From the NCBI GenBank assembly GCA_977017645.1, contig OZ360237.1:39060001-39124000 (forward strand): 64,000 nucleotides of DNA, written 5' to 3'. The position numbers and the translations under genes are program-made. This document shows positions 63,190-64,000 of this stretch, piece after piece. Source of the stretch: Torpedo marmorata (taxonomy: Eukaryota). The notes below the pieces were generated by a model, which was not told the DNA's origin, searched no databases, and was given only the letters and a program-made list of their open reading frames with translations. How positions within the stretch are numbered: position 1 is the first letter of the stretch; every line of letters starts with the position of its first letter.

Positions 63190-63585
63190 ACAACAGAACA
63201 TAAATATACAGCACAGTACAGGCCCTTCGGCCCACAGCGTTGGGCCAACCTTATAACCTACTCTAACACCTGCCTAGAATTTCCCTCCTGCATAACGGAG
63301 CAGACTCAATGGGTCGATTGGCCGACTTCTGCTCCTACATATTGTGATCTCTATCTTGTGATGACCCTCCATTTTTTTTTCTGTTCCATGTACCTATCTA
63401 ATATTCTCTTCAAACATCCCATTGTACCTGCCTCCACCACCGTTGCCGGCAGCGCGTTCCATGCACCCACCACTCTGTGTATGAAAAATGTACCTCTTGC
63501 ATCCCCCTGCATTTACTCCCAAGCACCTTAAAACTATGCCCCCTCGCGTTAGCCATTTCAGCCCTGGGATAAAGCCTCTGACCAT
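63190..63585 (-). mobile_element. CR1 3' fragments
   Basis: LYPRAEMANARGHSFKV remnant; CR1-type 3' ends. Confidence 0.75.
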
Positions 63586-64000
63586 CCAAAAAGCCTCTGG
63601 CCATCCTGAGAACAATGTTCTCAACTGGTCTGCCAAAATTGAAGAAGTATTTTTAAACGCCCTTCCTGCCTTCAAGAGCAACCAGAAGATCCAGTTACTT
63701 GCCGCTTGCTCAAAATTCAGTCATTGTCCACAGCCCTGTTAAATGGTCAAAACCAGGAGCCTAAATTGCAAGGCAAGCTACTATAAACCGTTATTGTCAT
63801 TGTTCTAACACTCATTTTATCTCTATAATTAATGCTTGAATTTTACAGGTCACTGGTGAAAAATCACTGCTGTGATCGGGGTGAAAGAAATAGGGTGCTG
63901 AAAGCAAATTATTTTCCAAATAAACAATTAAAACAAAGCCCCAATTTGCCTGTAATTTTAACCAATTTTGCTACAGAAGCATATTATAGAAACAGAATGG

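Overview
Eukaryotic, repeat-dominated vertebrate DNA, most likely a cartilaginous fish (inferred from HE1/V-SINE-type SINEs, CR1, Rex1/Babar and Penelope-like families). No host gene exon, rRNA, true tRNA gene or CRISPR could be supported, so the window reads as intronic or intergenic. Contents: one near full-length but frameshifted CR1 LINE and many CR1 fragments; Rex1/Babar and L1/Tx1 remnants; about 9 tRNA-derived V-SINEs; a solo LTR; Tigger/pogo, Tc2, hAT and Harbinger-like MITEs; and many Penelope-like elements (PLE, RT + GIY-YIG). Most notable: (1) roughly 20 intact or decayed minimal hammerhead-ribozyme motifs in PLE termini, with a non-canonical core (UUGAUGA plus an extra A) and a palindromic ACGU stem III; (2) three young PLE insertions with 13-16 bp TSDs, all landing in 3' ends of other retroelements, with asymmetric short/long termini, two forming long inverted repeats and one ending in reiterated 28-bp copies of its own terminus; (3) a hAT-type MITE carrying a CpG-rich, NRF1-motif-periodic segment flanked by two outward-facing splice donors. 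Boundaries of old repeats are approximate (read by eye).
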